Positions 15,935-24,403 of a DNA stretch of 64,000 bases are shown here, piece by piece. Position 1 is the first letter of the stretch. Each line of letters starts with the position of its first letter. The translations under genes were made by a program, and so were the position numbers. Below the pieces are notes generated by a model. The model saw nothing but the letters and a program-made list of their open reading frames with translations, was not told the DNA's origin and ran no database searches. Source of the stretch: an uncultured Chthoniobacterales bacterium (lineage in GTDB: Bacteria; Verrucomicrobiota; Verrucomicrobiia; Chthoniobacterales; CALDSX01); the NCBI GenBank assembly GCA_964652295.1, contig CAZZCL010000004.1, positions 75 to 64,074 of the forward strand, written 5' to 3'.

Positions 15935-17569
15935 ATGGCCGAACTGCACATCCGCCGCGCCCCGCTGATTCAAACGGAGATCCATGTCCCGGGCGACAAA
16001 AGCATCTCGCACCGGGCTGTAATCCTTGCGTCGCTCTCCAACGGCCCCTGTGCGGTGAGCGGGTTCCTGCCAAGCGAGGATTGTTTCCGCACTGTGGACG
16101 CGATGCGGGCGCTGGGCATCAATATCGAGCAATTCAAGGAGAACACGCTCGTTGTCCATGGCCGGAAAGGAAATTTGAATCCGCCCGAACAGGCGATCGA
16201 CTGTGGCAACTCGGGGACAACCATGCGGTTGCTGGCAGGGTTGCTGGCTGCGCAGCCGTTCAGCAGTCGGCTCACCGGCGACGAATCGCTGACAAGCCGC
16301 CCCATGGGCCGCGTCATCGATCCGCTGTCACTGATGGGTGCGCGGATCGCCGGTGTGGATCGCGAGCGGAACGGTCAAAAAATCGCGGCACCGCCTTTGG
16401 ACATCGAGGGAGGCGAACTGCATGGAATCCGCTTTGAAAGCCGCGTGGCGAGCGCGCAGGTGAAAAGTGCCGTGTTGCTGGCCGGACTATTTGCCCGCGG
16501 CAAAACGACCGTCGTGGAGCCTTCCCTCAGCCGCGATCATACGGAGCGGATGCTGCGGCATTTTCAGGTGAACCTGTTGCGTGCGGAGGATGCCCATGAG
16601 GTTTCGGTGCATGGAGGGGCGAAGTTGGAGTCGTGCGATTTTGCCGTGCCGGGTGACATATCCAGTGCGGCATTCTGGATGGTGGCCGCGTCGGCGCAAC
16701 CCGGGTCGCATCTGACGATCTCCCGCGTGGGGTTAAACAAGACGCGCACCGGGGTGCTTGGCGTGTTGTTCCGCATGGGCGCCAGCATCCGCGAAATTCA
16801 TGAGGAAACGCATGAAGCCGAGCCGTTCGGCAAGATCGAAGTCCGGGGGGCGCGTTTAACGGGCGTGGTCATCCGCAACACGCCCTCGGTGGAGGCGTTG
16901 ACCCGCGAAGGTTATTTTGACGGCCTTAAAAAGCATGCACCCGCCGAAGCGCTTGCCATTCTGCGCACCGATCTGCTGGACCGCGAATGCATCCGGCGGT
17001 TCCGTGCGGCGCTTGCGCGCGAAACTGGCATGAGCGACGCCATGCGTGACGAAATCCTTGCGGAAACGGCGCGGCTGGAAGATTGCGTGGGAGTCGGCAT
17101 TGCGAATGTGATTGACGAATTGCCCGTGTTGGCGGTGGCAGGTGCGCTGGCCCAGGGGACAACGATTATCCGGGATGCTGCGGAGTTGACGGTGAAGGAA
17201 AGCGACCGCATTGCCGCCATTGTGGACGGATTGCGTGCGATGGGCGCGAGGGTCGAGAAACGCGGTGAAGGCGATGGCATGGTCATTCACGGCGGCATGC
17301 CGTTGCGGGGGGCAAGGGTGTCTTCCTGCGGCGATCATCGTATTGCCATGGCGTTTGCGATTGCCGGGTTGTTCGCCGAGGGCGAGACGGTTGTGGAGAA
17401 TACGGATTGTATCGCCACGTCCTACCCGGGGTTCGAAGCGACCCTTCAGCGCATCATGCGTCTGCGTCACAATCGGGGGGCAGAGACCCCGGTCGTCAGT
17501 GAGGTACGGGGCTTTGAGTTTGCGGGGCCGGCCGGAGGGAGCGGAGAGTCGGCAGGGATGGAGCGTTGA
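15935..17569 (+). CDS. aroA: 3-phosphoshikimate 1-carboxyvinyltransferase (EPSP synthase, class II-like) with an internal ~70-aa insertion
   Basis: Motifs VPGDKSISHRA, CGNSGTTMRLLAGLLA, VPGDISSAAFW, IDELPVLAVAGALAQGTT, ELTVKESDRI and GDHRIAMAF. At 544 aa it is about 100 aa longer than typical AroA. Confidence 0.9.
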   Translation: MAELHIRRAPLIQTEIHVPGDKSISHRAVILASLSNGPCAVSGFLPSEDCFRTVDAMRALGINIEQFKENTLVVHGRKGNLNPPEQAIDCGNSGTTMRLLAGLLAAQPFSSRLTGDESLTSRPMGRVIDPLSLMGARIAGVDRERNGQKIAAPPLDIEGGELHGIRFESRVASAQVKSAVLLAGLFARGKTTVVEPSLSRDHTERMLRHFQVNLLRAEDAHEVSVHGGAKLESCDFAVPGDISSAAFWMVAASAQPGSHLTISRVGLNKTRTGVLGVLFRMGASIREIHEETHEAEPFGKIEVRGARLTGVVIRNTPSVEALTREGYFDGLKKHAPAEALAILRTDLLDRECIRRFRAALARETGMSDAMRDEILAETARLEDCVGVGIANVIDELPVLAVAGALAQGTTIIRDAAELTVKESDRIAAIVDGLRAMGARVEKRGEGDGMVIHGGMPLRGARVSSCGDHRIAMAFAIAGLFAEGETVVENTDCIATSYPGFEATLQRIMRLRHNRGAETPVVSEVRGFEFAGPAGGSGESAGMER

Positions 17570-18306
17570 GTCTTGCGATGAACGGTTCCGACAGTCCGGC
17601 AGAAGGCAGTGCGGCGCGCCTGCAGGGCGACGGTTCAGCACCCGTTGTTGTTGCGATCGATGGACCGGCTGCATCGGGCAAAAGCACCGTGGCTCGCCTG
17701 GTCGCAGCCCGGTTGGGGTTCGCTCATCTTAACACTGGAGCGATGTATCGTGCCGCAACATGGCTCGCACTTGAGCGCGGATTGAATCCTGCTGATGGCC
17801 CGGCTCTGGCAGCCGCGTTGGATGCCGTGCCTGTGCAGTTGTGCGTGAGAGATGGCGAAGCGATTTTCGAAATGGACGGACGCCCTGTGTCCACCGTGGC
17901 TGAAGCGTCCGGCGTTGCCGAGCACGTCTCGACGGTGGCACGCTGCCCGGAGGTGCGGCGTCGGCTCGTCGCGTGGCAGAGAAAATTCGCTGCCATGTCC
18001 GATCTCGTGGTGGAAGGGCGCGACATTGGGTCGGTGGTGTTTCCAGACACGCCTTACAAATTCTATATCGACGCCGATCCCGAAGTGCGCGCGCGTCGTC
18101 GGCAGGCGCAGGGGTTGCGCGATGAAATCTCCAGCCGGGATGCGCTCGACATGTCGCGCACCGTTTCCCCGTTGCAGGTCGCGGATAATGCTGAGCGCAT
18201 TGATACCAGCCGGATGACTCTCGAAGAGGTTATTGCGTGCGTGCTGCGATGTCTTGCCACACGGGGATTGCATGCCGCCCAGGAGGCCGTGAACAACGTC
18301 TTATGA
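17566..18306 (+). CDS. cmk: Cytidylate kinase
   Basis: P-loop VVAIDGPAASGKSTVARLVA and NTGAMYRA. TTG 17566 overlaps the aroA stop (ATG 17578 is an alternative). The stop overlaps the plsC ATG (ATGA at 18303-18306). Confidence 0.85.
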   Translation: MSLAMNGSDSPAEGSAARLQGDGSAPVVVAIDGPAASGKSTVARLVAARLGFAHLNTGAMYRAATWLALERGLNPADGPALAAALDAVPVQLCVRDGEAIFEMDGRPVSTVAEASGVAEHVSTVARCPEVRRRLVAWQRKFAAMSDLVVEGRDIGSVVFPDTPYKFYIDADPEVRARRRQAQGLRDEISSRDALDMSRTVSPLQVADNAERIDTSRMTLEEVIACVLRCLATRGLHAAQEAVNNVL

Positions 18307-18932
18307 AAAAGCCGGCTTATTGGATCTGCCGATGGCTGGCCGGGGTTGCGTTCAAGGCCAGGTGCCGCTTCCGGATTCATAACCGAGGGCGGTTTATTGG
18401 CGACGGCCCGGCAATTCTTGCGGCCAATCATGCCAGCTATTTTGATCCGCCTGCTGTCGGTGTGGCTGCTCCCACCGAAGTCTATTTTCTCGCGCGCAAA
18501 ACCCTTTTTCAGGAACGCCCCATTGGTTGGCTGCTGCCCTTTCTGAATGTGATCCCTGTGGATCTTGGCGGGCGGGATATTTCGGCGATCAAAACGCTCA
18601 TACGCCTCATCTCGGAGGGCAACCGGGTGGTGGTGTTTCCGGAAGGTACCCGCACGCCCGACGGTGAATTGCAGCCTGCCCAGCCGGGCGTGGGGTTGAT
18701 CGTCGCGAAGACCATGGCACCCGTCGTTCCGATCTACATCTCCGGCACGTACGAGGCCTTCGGACGCAACATGAAAAAGCCGAAGGCGGCACCCATAGAA
18801 GTTTATGTCGGCGAACCGTTGCGTTTCTGCAAAGAGGATATTGGCGCCGGAAAACGCGAAGATTATGCCCGCATCGGAGACCGGATCATGCAGGCGATCG
18901 CCGAGCTGCGCCCGGTTGCCCCCGTCTGCTGA
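18303..18932 (+). CDS. plsC: 1-acyl-sn-glycerol-3-phosphate acyltransferase
   Basis: HxxxxD motif NHASYFD and the FPEGTRTPDG motif. Confidence 0.8.
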   Translation: MKKPAYWICRWLAGVAFKARCRFRIHNRGRFIGDGPAILAANHASYFDPPAVGVAAPTEVYFLARKTLFQERPIGWLLPFLNVIPVDLGGRDISAIKTLIRLISEGNRVVVFPEGTRTPDGELQPAQPGVGLIVAKTMAPVVPIYISGTYEAFGRNMKKPKAAPIEVYVGEPLRFCKEDIGAGKREDYARIGDRIMQAIAELRPVAPVC

Positions 18933-18958
18933 GTCTGCTGAAAAGGGCCGCTCCTGAG

Positions 18959-20515
18959 TCAGGCGCGCCGTTTTTGGAAGCCGGAACGCAGCTCGGCCAG
19001 GCTTGTTGCCCTCAACGCGAGCGTCGCCAACAGGTAAACGCCTGCGCCACCAGCAATCAACGCTCCGAGGGCTGTGAGTTCAAGTGGCGCAGATTCGGAC
19101 TGCAGCAATCCGGAAAGAGCCAGACGCCCCCCGGCCAGCGCTGCGCTCATCAAGCCGGCGGAGAGTGCCATCATGGCCAGCTGCCGGATGCGCTGCCGAC
19201 CAAGCTTGAAAAAGCCCTGCAACCCCAAGGCGAGCGCGGCGACATTCACCCACGCAGCTGCCGATGTGGCGATGGCAATGCCGACATGGCCCAGGAAGGG
19301 AAATAAGGCGAGACTTAGCGCGATGTTCACCGCAACCATTGCCACGGCCATGATCATTGGGGAGCGCGTGTTTTCCTGTGCGAAATAGCCCGGTTGCAGA
19401 ACTTTGATCAGGACATAGCCGGGCAGCCCGGCTGCGAACGCTGCAAGAGCCGCGGCGGTTTGTCGGGTGCTTTCCGCATCGAACGCGTTGCGTTCGAACA
19501 GCGCCCCCACGATCTCGCGAGGGATTGTCATTAAGGCAACCGCCGCCGGCACGGTTATCAGCATCGAAAGAACGACGCCGCGCGCCATCGTTTCGCCGGC
19601 ATCGTCCGGACGGCTCTCGCGCAGGCAGCGTGTCAGTTCGGGCAGCAGAACCACGCCAAAAGCGATCCCGATCATGCCCAACGGCAGCTGGCTGATGCGG
19701 TCGGCATAATAGAGGAATGGTAATGCACTCTGCTGAGACGAAGCGATCATGGTTCCGACCAGCAGATTGATCTGCTGTACGCCGGCGCTGAGCACTCCGG
19801 GACCCATCAACGCAGTGAGCCGTCTCATGCCGGGACTAAACGAGGGTTGCACGGGTAGAATTCGGAATCCTTTGCGCCAGCTTGCAATCCACAGCGCTGC
19901 AAGCTGGACCCAGCCGGCAACGAAAACGCACCACACCAGCACGTATCCTGCCCCGACAGGATCGTCGCGAAACCCACCCAGCGGGACGACGATTGTCAGC
20001 CCGATCAGAAAGATTGCATTTAGCAACACCGGCGCAAAGGCCGGCATCGCAAAAATTTTGAGGGTGTTCAACACTCCACTCAGGTGCGCAGCGAGCGCCA
20101 TGCACAAAAGATAGGAGAACGCAATGCGTCCGTAGGCAACCGTAAGCTCCATGACCTCAGGCCGGTCGCGAAAGCCCTGTGTAAACACCGCCATAACCCA
20201 ATCCATGCCGGGGATGGCGACAAGCGTAACCAGCAACAGCACTCCCCCCAGCAGGGAAAAGCTTTCCCGCGCGAATTTCTGCGCGGCCACGTTGCCACGC
20301 TCCGTGAGTTCCCTGCCGAATAACGGCACAAACGCGGCATTAAAGGCGCCTTCCCCGAAGATGCGGCGAAACATGTTAGGGAAACGAAATGCTGCGACAA
20401 ACGCTTCCGCGGCGAGCCCCGTTCCAAGGTAACGCGCGATGAAGATATCCCGCACAAATCCGAGGATGCGGCTTAATGCGGTAAATCCGCTGATTGTGGC
20501 CAGGGAACGCAACAT
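18959..20515 (-). CDS. murJ: Lipid II flippase MurJ
   Basis: N-terminus SGFTALSRILGFVRDIFIARYLGTGLAAEAFVAAFRFPNMFRRIFGEGAFNAAFVPLF. About 14 TM segments, 518 aa. Confidence 0.9.
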   Translation of the reverse strand: MLRSLATISGFTALSRILGFVRDIFIARYLGTGLAAEAFVAAFRFPNMFRRIFGEGAFNAAFVPLFGRELTERGNVAAQKFARESFSLLGGVLLLVTLVAIPGMDWVMAVFTQGFRDRPEVMELTVAYGRIAFSYLLCMALAAHLSGVLNTLKIFAMPAFAPVLLNAIFLIGLTIVVPLGGFRDDPVGAGYVLVWCVFVAGWVQLAALWIASWRKGFRILPVQPSFSPGMRRLTALMGPGVLSAGVQQINLLVGTMIASSQQSALPFLYYADRISQLPLGMIGIAFGVVLLPELTRCLRESRPDDAGETMARGVVLSMLITVPAAVALMTIPREIVGALFERNAFDAESTRQTAAALAAFAAGLPGYVLIKVLQPGYFAQENTRSPMIMAVAMVAVNIALSLALFPFLGHVGIAIATSAAAWVNVAALALGLQGFFKLGRQRIRQLAMMALSAGLMSAALAGGRLALSGLLQSESAPLELTALGALIAGGAGVYLLATLALRATSLAELRSGFQKRRA

Positions 20516-20671
20516 GAAATGAAAGCTGGGTTACGGCGTGCGCGGGGATTCGTCCAGCCCGATTCCTGGGTTGTGCACCCCTCACCCCGCCCGACTCGCG
20601 AGAATGCTTTCCACGGCTGCTCCAAAGGGAACTGTTGCGCAACACTCGACAAGCAGCGATGAATAGGCAGC

Positions 20672-21526
20672 ATGAATCCGTATCAGGCTTATTCCCGGAT
20701 CGAATCCGTTGCAGGGCCGGAGATGGCGCGTGCCATCTCCGAGGTGCTCGGAGCCATGTACGAAGAGCTGAAGGACACGCCGACGCGCGCCGATTTTCAG
20801 GGGTTGCAGGAAACGCTGACCGAACTGGGGCGGATCCAACTCGTCACGGAAAACAGAATTGGCGAACTCGTCGAGGCGCAGAAGCGCACGGAAGCTCGTG
20901 TGGAAGAACTCGCCGAGGCGCAGAAGCGCACGGAAGCTCGTGTGGAAGAACTCGTCGAGGCGCAGAAGCGCACGGAAGCTCGTGTGGATGCTCTGGCTGT
21001 GCGCATGGAAGAACTCGCCGAGGCGCAGAAGCGCACGGATGAAACGCTCAAGCGCCTCATTGAGGCGGTCGAGAAGCTTGAAGGGCGCACGGGCAGGCTG
21101 GAAGGCAGCATGTTCGAGATCGAAGTCGCGCAAAAAGCGGTTTCGTTTTTTGCTCCGGTGCTGCGGCGCACGCGCCTTATCCATCATGAGATTGAGGAAC
21201 GGTTGGAGGGACAGCTTTCCAACGAGGAAATTGGGAAGGTGTTACTCCTCGATCTCATTGTCTCGGGACGCGTGGAATATGAAGGGGAACGGCGTGATGT
21301 GATCGTTGCGGTCGAACTTTCGAATACCGTCGATCACAATGACGTAAAGCGCGCTGTGGAACGCGCTGCGTTGTTGCGCAAGGCGGGGTTGCCTGCCGTG
21401 CCATTGGCGATGGGTGCCTATATTCGCGAGGATGTTTTTGACTACGCCGGAAGCCTTCATGCTGCCCTCGCGGAGAAAAGGCATTATACGGGCTGGGACG
21501 ATGCAGTTCGTGCGGTGCTGAATTGA
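20672..21526 (+). CDS. Coiled-coil repeat protein with C-terminal restriction-endonuclease-like (PD-(D/E)xK-like) module; unknown function
   Basis: N-terminal half carries the repeats ELVEAQKRTEARVE. C-terminal pattern is LLLDLIVSGRVEYEGERRDVIVAVELSNTVDHNDVKRAVERAALLRKAG, i.e. D...E-x-S where canonical families have E-x-K. Confidence 0.6.
   Translation: MNPYQAYSRIESVAGPEMARAISEVLGAMYEELKDTPTRADFQGLQETLTELGRIQLVTENRIGELVEAQKRTEARVEELAEAQKRTEARVEELVEAQKRTEARVDALAVRMEELAEAQKRTDETLKRLIEAVEKLEGRTGRLEGSMFEIEVAQKAVSFFAPVLRRTRLIHHEIEERLEGQLSNEEIGKVLLLDLIVSGRVEYEGERRDVIVAVELSNTVDHNDVKRAVERAALLRKAGLPAVPLAMGAYIREDVFDYAGSLHAALAEKRHYTGWDDAVRAVLN
20864..21038 (+). repeat. In-frame tandem 42-bp repeat, three near-identical copies plus a partial fourth
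   Basis: Copies at 20864-20905, 20906-20947 and 20948-20989. Copies 2 and 3 each differ from copy 1 at a single nucleotide (2 nt between copies 2 and 3). A 21-nt spacer follows. A 29-nt partial copy starts at 21011. Confidence 0.95.
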
Positions 21527-21609
21527 ACGACCCGTGTGGTGGCAAGTGACTTGCATCCCGTGCGGAGCGCATCCAGCATGCTCGCAGCCTCGATACCCCT
21601 GAAACTGCG

Positions 21610-22665
21610 ATGATACGAACCTTCCATCTAGCACCATTCTGTCTGAGCCTTGCGCTCGTTGCGGCGCCCGTGCAAGCGTGTTCCAGGATCCTCTGGAACG
21701 ATAACAGCCGATCCGTGATCGTCGGTCGGAATATGGATTGGTTTGAAGATATCCGAAGCAACATGTGGATCCTGCCCCGCGGCATGGAGCGCAAAGGTTT
21801 GGCGCAGACGAACCCCCTGCGTTGGACCAGCACCTATGGAAGTCTGATCATCACGGCGTACGACGTGGGGACCGCCGATGGCATCAATGAGAGAGGTCTG
21901 GCGGGCCACATGTTGTACCTGCCGGAAACGCGCGTCGGATCGCGGGACGAATCCGTTCCGGGGCTGACGATGTCCCTTTGGGTTCAATATTATCTTGATC
22001 GCTTTGCCACTGTGGCCGAGGCCGTGAAATCCCTCGAATCCCAACCGTACCAACTGCTTATGGCGGTCGAACCGTCCAGCGGTAAACCGGCCACTGTGCA
22101 TATCGCCCTTAACGATGCCAGCGGCGATTCTGCAGTGATCGAGTGTATCGAAGGCGAGATCCAGGTTTATCACGATCGGAGTCATATAGTGATGACCAAC
22201 CAGCCTTCGTTCGACCAGCAGTTGGAGAATCTCCGGCAGTATCGTGGATTCGGTGGCGAAAACAGACTCCCCGGAACCCACGAGCCCGCTGATCGCTTCG
22301 TTCGCGGCGCGTACTACATTAAGCATCTGCCGAAACCGGCTTCGGACCGCGAAGCCATCGCTGCCATGATGAGTGTCATGCGAAATGTTTCGGCACCCTT
22401 CGGAATTGCGGATGCAGAGCGTCCCAACGTCTCGACAACCGTTTGGCGAACGGTCACAGACCTGACTAATCGCATTCTTTACTATGATTCCGTCTTCAGC
22501 CCACAGGTCTTTTGGGTCGACGTGAAAAAGCTCAATTTCAGTCCCGGACAGCCTGTTCGCAAGTTGACGCTCGTGGACAACTTCGACCACTCGGGAGAAG
22601 TCTCGAGCCAATTTGCCGACGCGGACATGTTCGACTTTCTCCCCCCGGAACAATCTGCAGAGTAA
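21610..22665 (+). CDS. Secreted Ntn hydrolase, choloylglycine hydrolase / linear amide C-N hydrolase family
   Basis: The signal peptide ends VQA|C, exposing the nucleophile Cys (ACSRILWNDN...GRNMDW). Confidence 0.75.
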   Translation: MIRTFHLAPFCLSLALVAAPVQACSRILWNDNSRSVIVGRNMDWFEDIRSNMWILPRGMERKGLAQTNPLRWTSTYGSLIITAYDVGTADGINERGLAGHMLYLPETRVGSRDESVPGLTMSLWVQYYLDRFATVAEAVKSLESQPYQLLMAVEPSSGKPATVHIALNDASGDSAVIECIEGEIQVYHDRSHIVMTNQPSFDQQLENLRQYRGFGGENRLPGTHEPADRFVRGAYYIKHLPKPASDREAIAAMMSVMRNVSAPFGIADAERPNVSTTVWRTVTDLTNRILYYDSVFSPQVFWVDVKKLNFSPGQPVRKLTLVDNFDHSGEVSSQFADADMFDFLPPEQSAE

Positions 22666-22884
22666 GTGGGCGCGACCTGCCGGAATTTTTTTGGCGTAGC
22701 GTGTGAGCAAAGCCACTCACGTCTGTTTCCCCCCATGGGTTTGATCAACGGGCTTGCCAGAAAGGAATCGTGTCCCGCCGCATCTCTGTTGGCGGCTATT
22801 GCGCGACACTTTTTTTACTGGGAAGCGCCTGCTCAGGACGAAAATAACGCAACGAATTTTTAGTTACGGAGTTATAATGTTGAA

Positions 22885-24357
22885 ATGTTGCCTCCGCTCC
22901 CCCCTCAAGCCTGGTCGCTGTCCGCTGCTGCGCATTTGTTGAATCGCGCCGGGTTCGGCGCTTCGCCATCTGAGATCGTCCGCACGCACGAGCGCGGAAT
23001 GCGACGCGCCGTGGCTGCCCTCGTGGATCCAGTGGCCGTCACCAAACCTGGCGCGGCCTTCCCGCGGCCGCAATGGGCCAACCCGGCTGAAATTGCCGAG
23101 GAGTTCCGGAGGGGCCGGCGAGAGAGCGGCGGCGACCCCGACAAGCAGCGGAAAATGTTTGCCGAGAAACTCCGGGAACAACGCTTTTGGCTTGCCGACC
23201 TTCAGAACTGCTGGCTGCAGCACATGCTCAAAAGTCCTGCGCCGCTCATCGAAAAGATGACCCTTTTCTGGCATGGCCACTTCGCCACCAGCCAGCAGAA
23301 AGTCAGGAATTCCTATTTCATGTATGTGCAGAACGAGACGTTCCGCAGCCATGCGCTTGGGCGGTTTGGACCCCTTGTTAAGGCTGTTTCGCGCGACCCA
23401 GCGATGATCATCTGGCTTGATCTGCGCCAGAGCGACAAGAAAAAGCCCAACGAAAATTTTGCACGCGAACTCATGGAGCTATTCACCCTTGGCGAAGGGC
23501 TCTATACGGAGGAAGATATTCGCGAGGTGGCGCGCTGTTTCACAGGCTACAAGGTGCGTCCGATGACCCAGTCGTTTGATTTGGATGAAAGCCGCTTTGA
23601 CGATGGCGAAAAGACTGTTTTTGGCCGGAAAGGTGTCTTCTCGGGTGATGATATCATCGATCTGATCCTTGCGCGTCGTGAATGCGCCGAGTTCATCACG
23701 CGCAAGATCTGGGGTTTCTTTGTGTACGAAGATCCGCCCGCCAGCGTGGTCGATCCACTTGCCCGGTGGTGGCAGGGCACGGGGTACGATCTGCGGGTGC
23801 TCATGAGCAACATTCTGTCATCGGCTGAGTTCTACTCTCCGCGCGCGCTTCAGGCACAGATCAAGAGCCCTGTGCAATGGCTTGTTCAGGCTTGCCGTGA
23901 ACTCGAAATGACCGCCGTGCCAACCGTTACCGCATTGCGCGCTATGCGCGAGCTTGGCCAGGAGTTGCTGCTGCCGCCCAACGTGAAGGGATGGGATGGT
24001 GGCAAGACATGGATCACCACCGCAACCCTGCTCGCCCGCTACAATCTTGCGGCTGACCTCGCAAAGAACAGCGAATCCGACGCCCGATCGCGCATGCTGC
24101 GCGAGTTTGCACAGCGGCGCGGTATCCAGCCGCAGGATGCCGCACCGGATTTCGCTGCTCTCGTTCCGGCTGGTGTGCGGGAAGATCCGGCTGCACTGGT
24201 GGAAACCCTGGCGCACCGCTTTTTTCCGCAGGGTTTGCCGGGGACGGAACTCACTGCATTCATTGAGTTTGCCGCCACGAATGTGCCGCTGGATGACCGC
24301 GCCATTGCTTCGCTGGCGCATATCATGATGAGTACGCCCCGTTATCAGCTCTGCTGA
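22885..24357 (+). CDS. DUF1800-domain protein
   Basis: Motifs FWHGHFATS and NENFARELMELFTLG. It is paired with a DUF1501 gene downstream. Confidence 0.75.
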   Translation: MLPPLPPQAWSLSAAAHLLNRAGFGASPSEIVRTHERGMRRAVAALVDPVAVTKPGAAFPRPQWANPAEIAEEFRRGRRESGGDPDKQRKMFAEKLREQRFWLADLQNCWLQHMLKSPAPLIEKMTLFWHGHFATSQQKVRNSYFMYVQNETFRSHALGRFGPLVKAVSRDPAMIIWLDLRQSDKKKPNENFARELMELFTLGEGLYTEEDIREVARCFTGYKVRPMTQSFDLDESRFDDGEKTVFGRKGVFSGDDIIDLILARRECAEFITRKIWGFFVYEDPPASVVDPLARWWQGTGYDLRVLMSNILSSAEFYSPRALQAQIKSPVQWLVQACRELEMTAVPTVTALRAMRELGQELLLPPNVKGWDGGKTWITTATLLARYNLAADLAKNSESDARSRMLREFAQRRGIQPQDAAPDFAALVPAGVREDPAALVETLAHRFFPQGLPGTELTAFIEFAATNVPLDDRAIASLAHIMMSTPRYQLC

Positions 24358-24403
24358 ATCTGCCGCAGCCGATCTCTTTAGGAACAAACCGCCGCACGCA
24401 CCC

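Noticed and set aside
20864-21038. Tandem 42-bp repeats considered as a possible CRISPR array or minisatellite
   Set aside because: The units are contiguous without spacers, they are in frame, and they encode a heptad-like coiled-coil segment of a longer ORF. No cas genes are present. This is a coding repeat, not a CRISPR array.
21628-22716. 362-aa minus-strand ORF
   Set aside because: It is antisense to the Ntn hydrolase gene, which has a signal peptide and a nucleophile Cys. No motifs.
22873-22887. TATAAT hexamer 6 nt upstream of the DUF1800 ATG, considered as a leaderless-mRNA promoter
   Set aside because: There is no acceptable -35 at the proper spacing (caacga). A single hexamer match in an AT-richer spacer is weak evidence without transcription start data.
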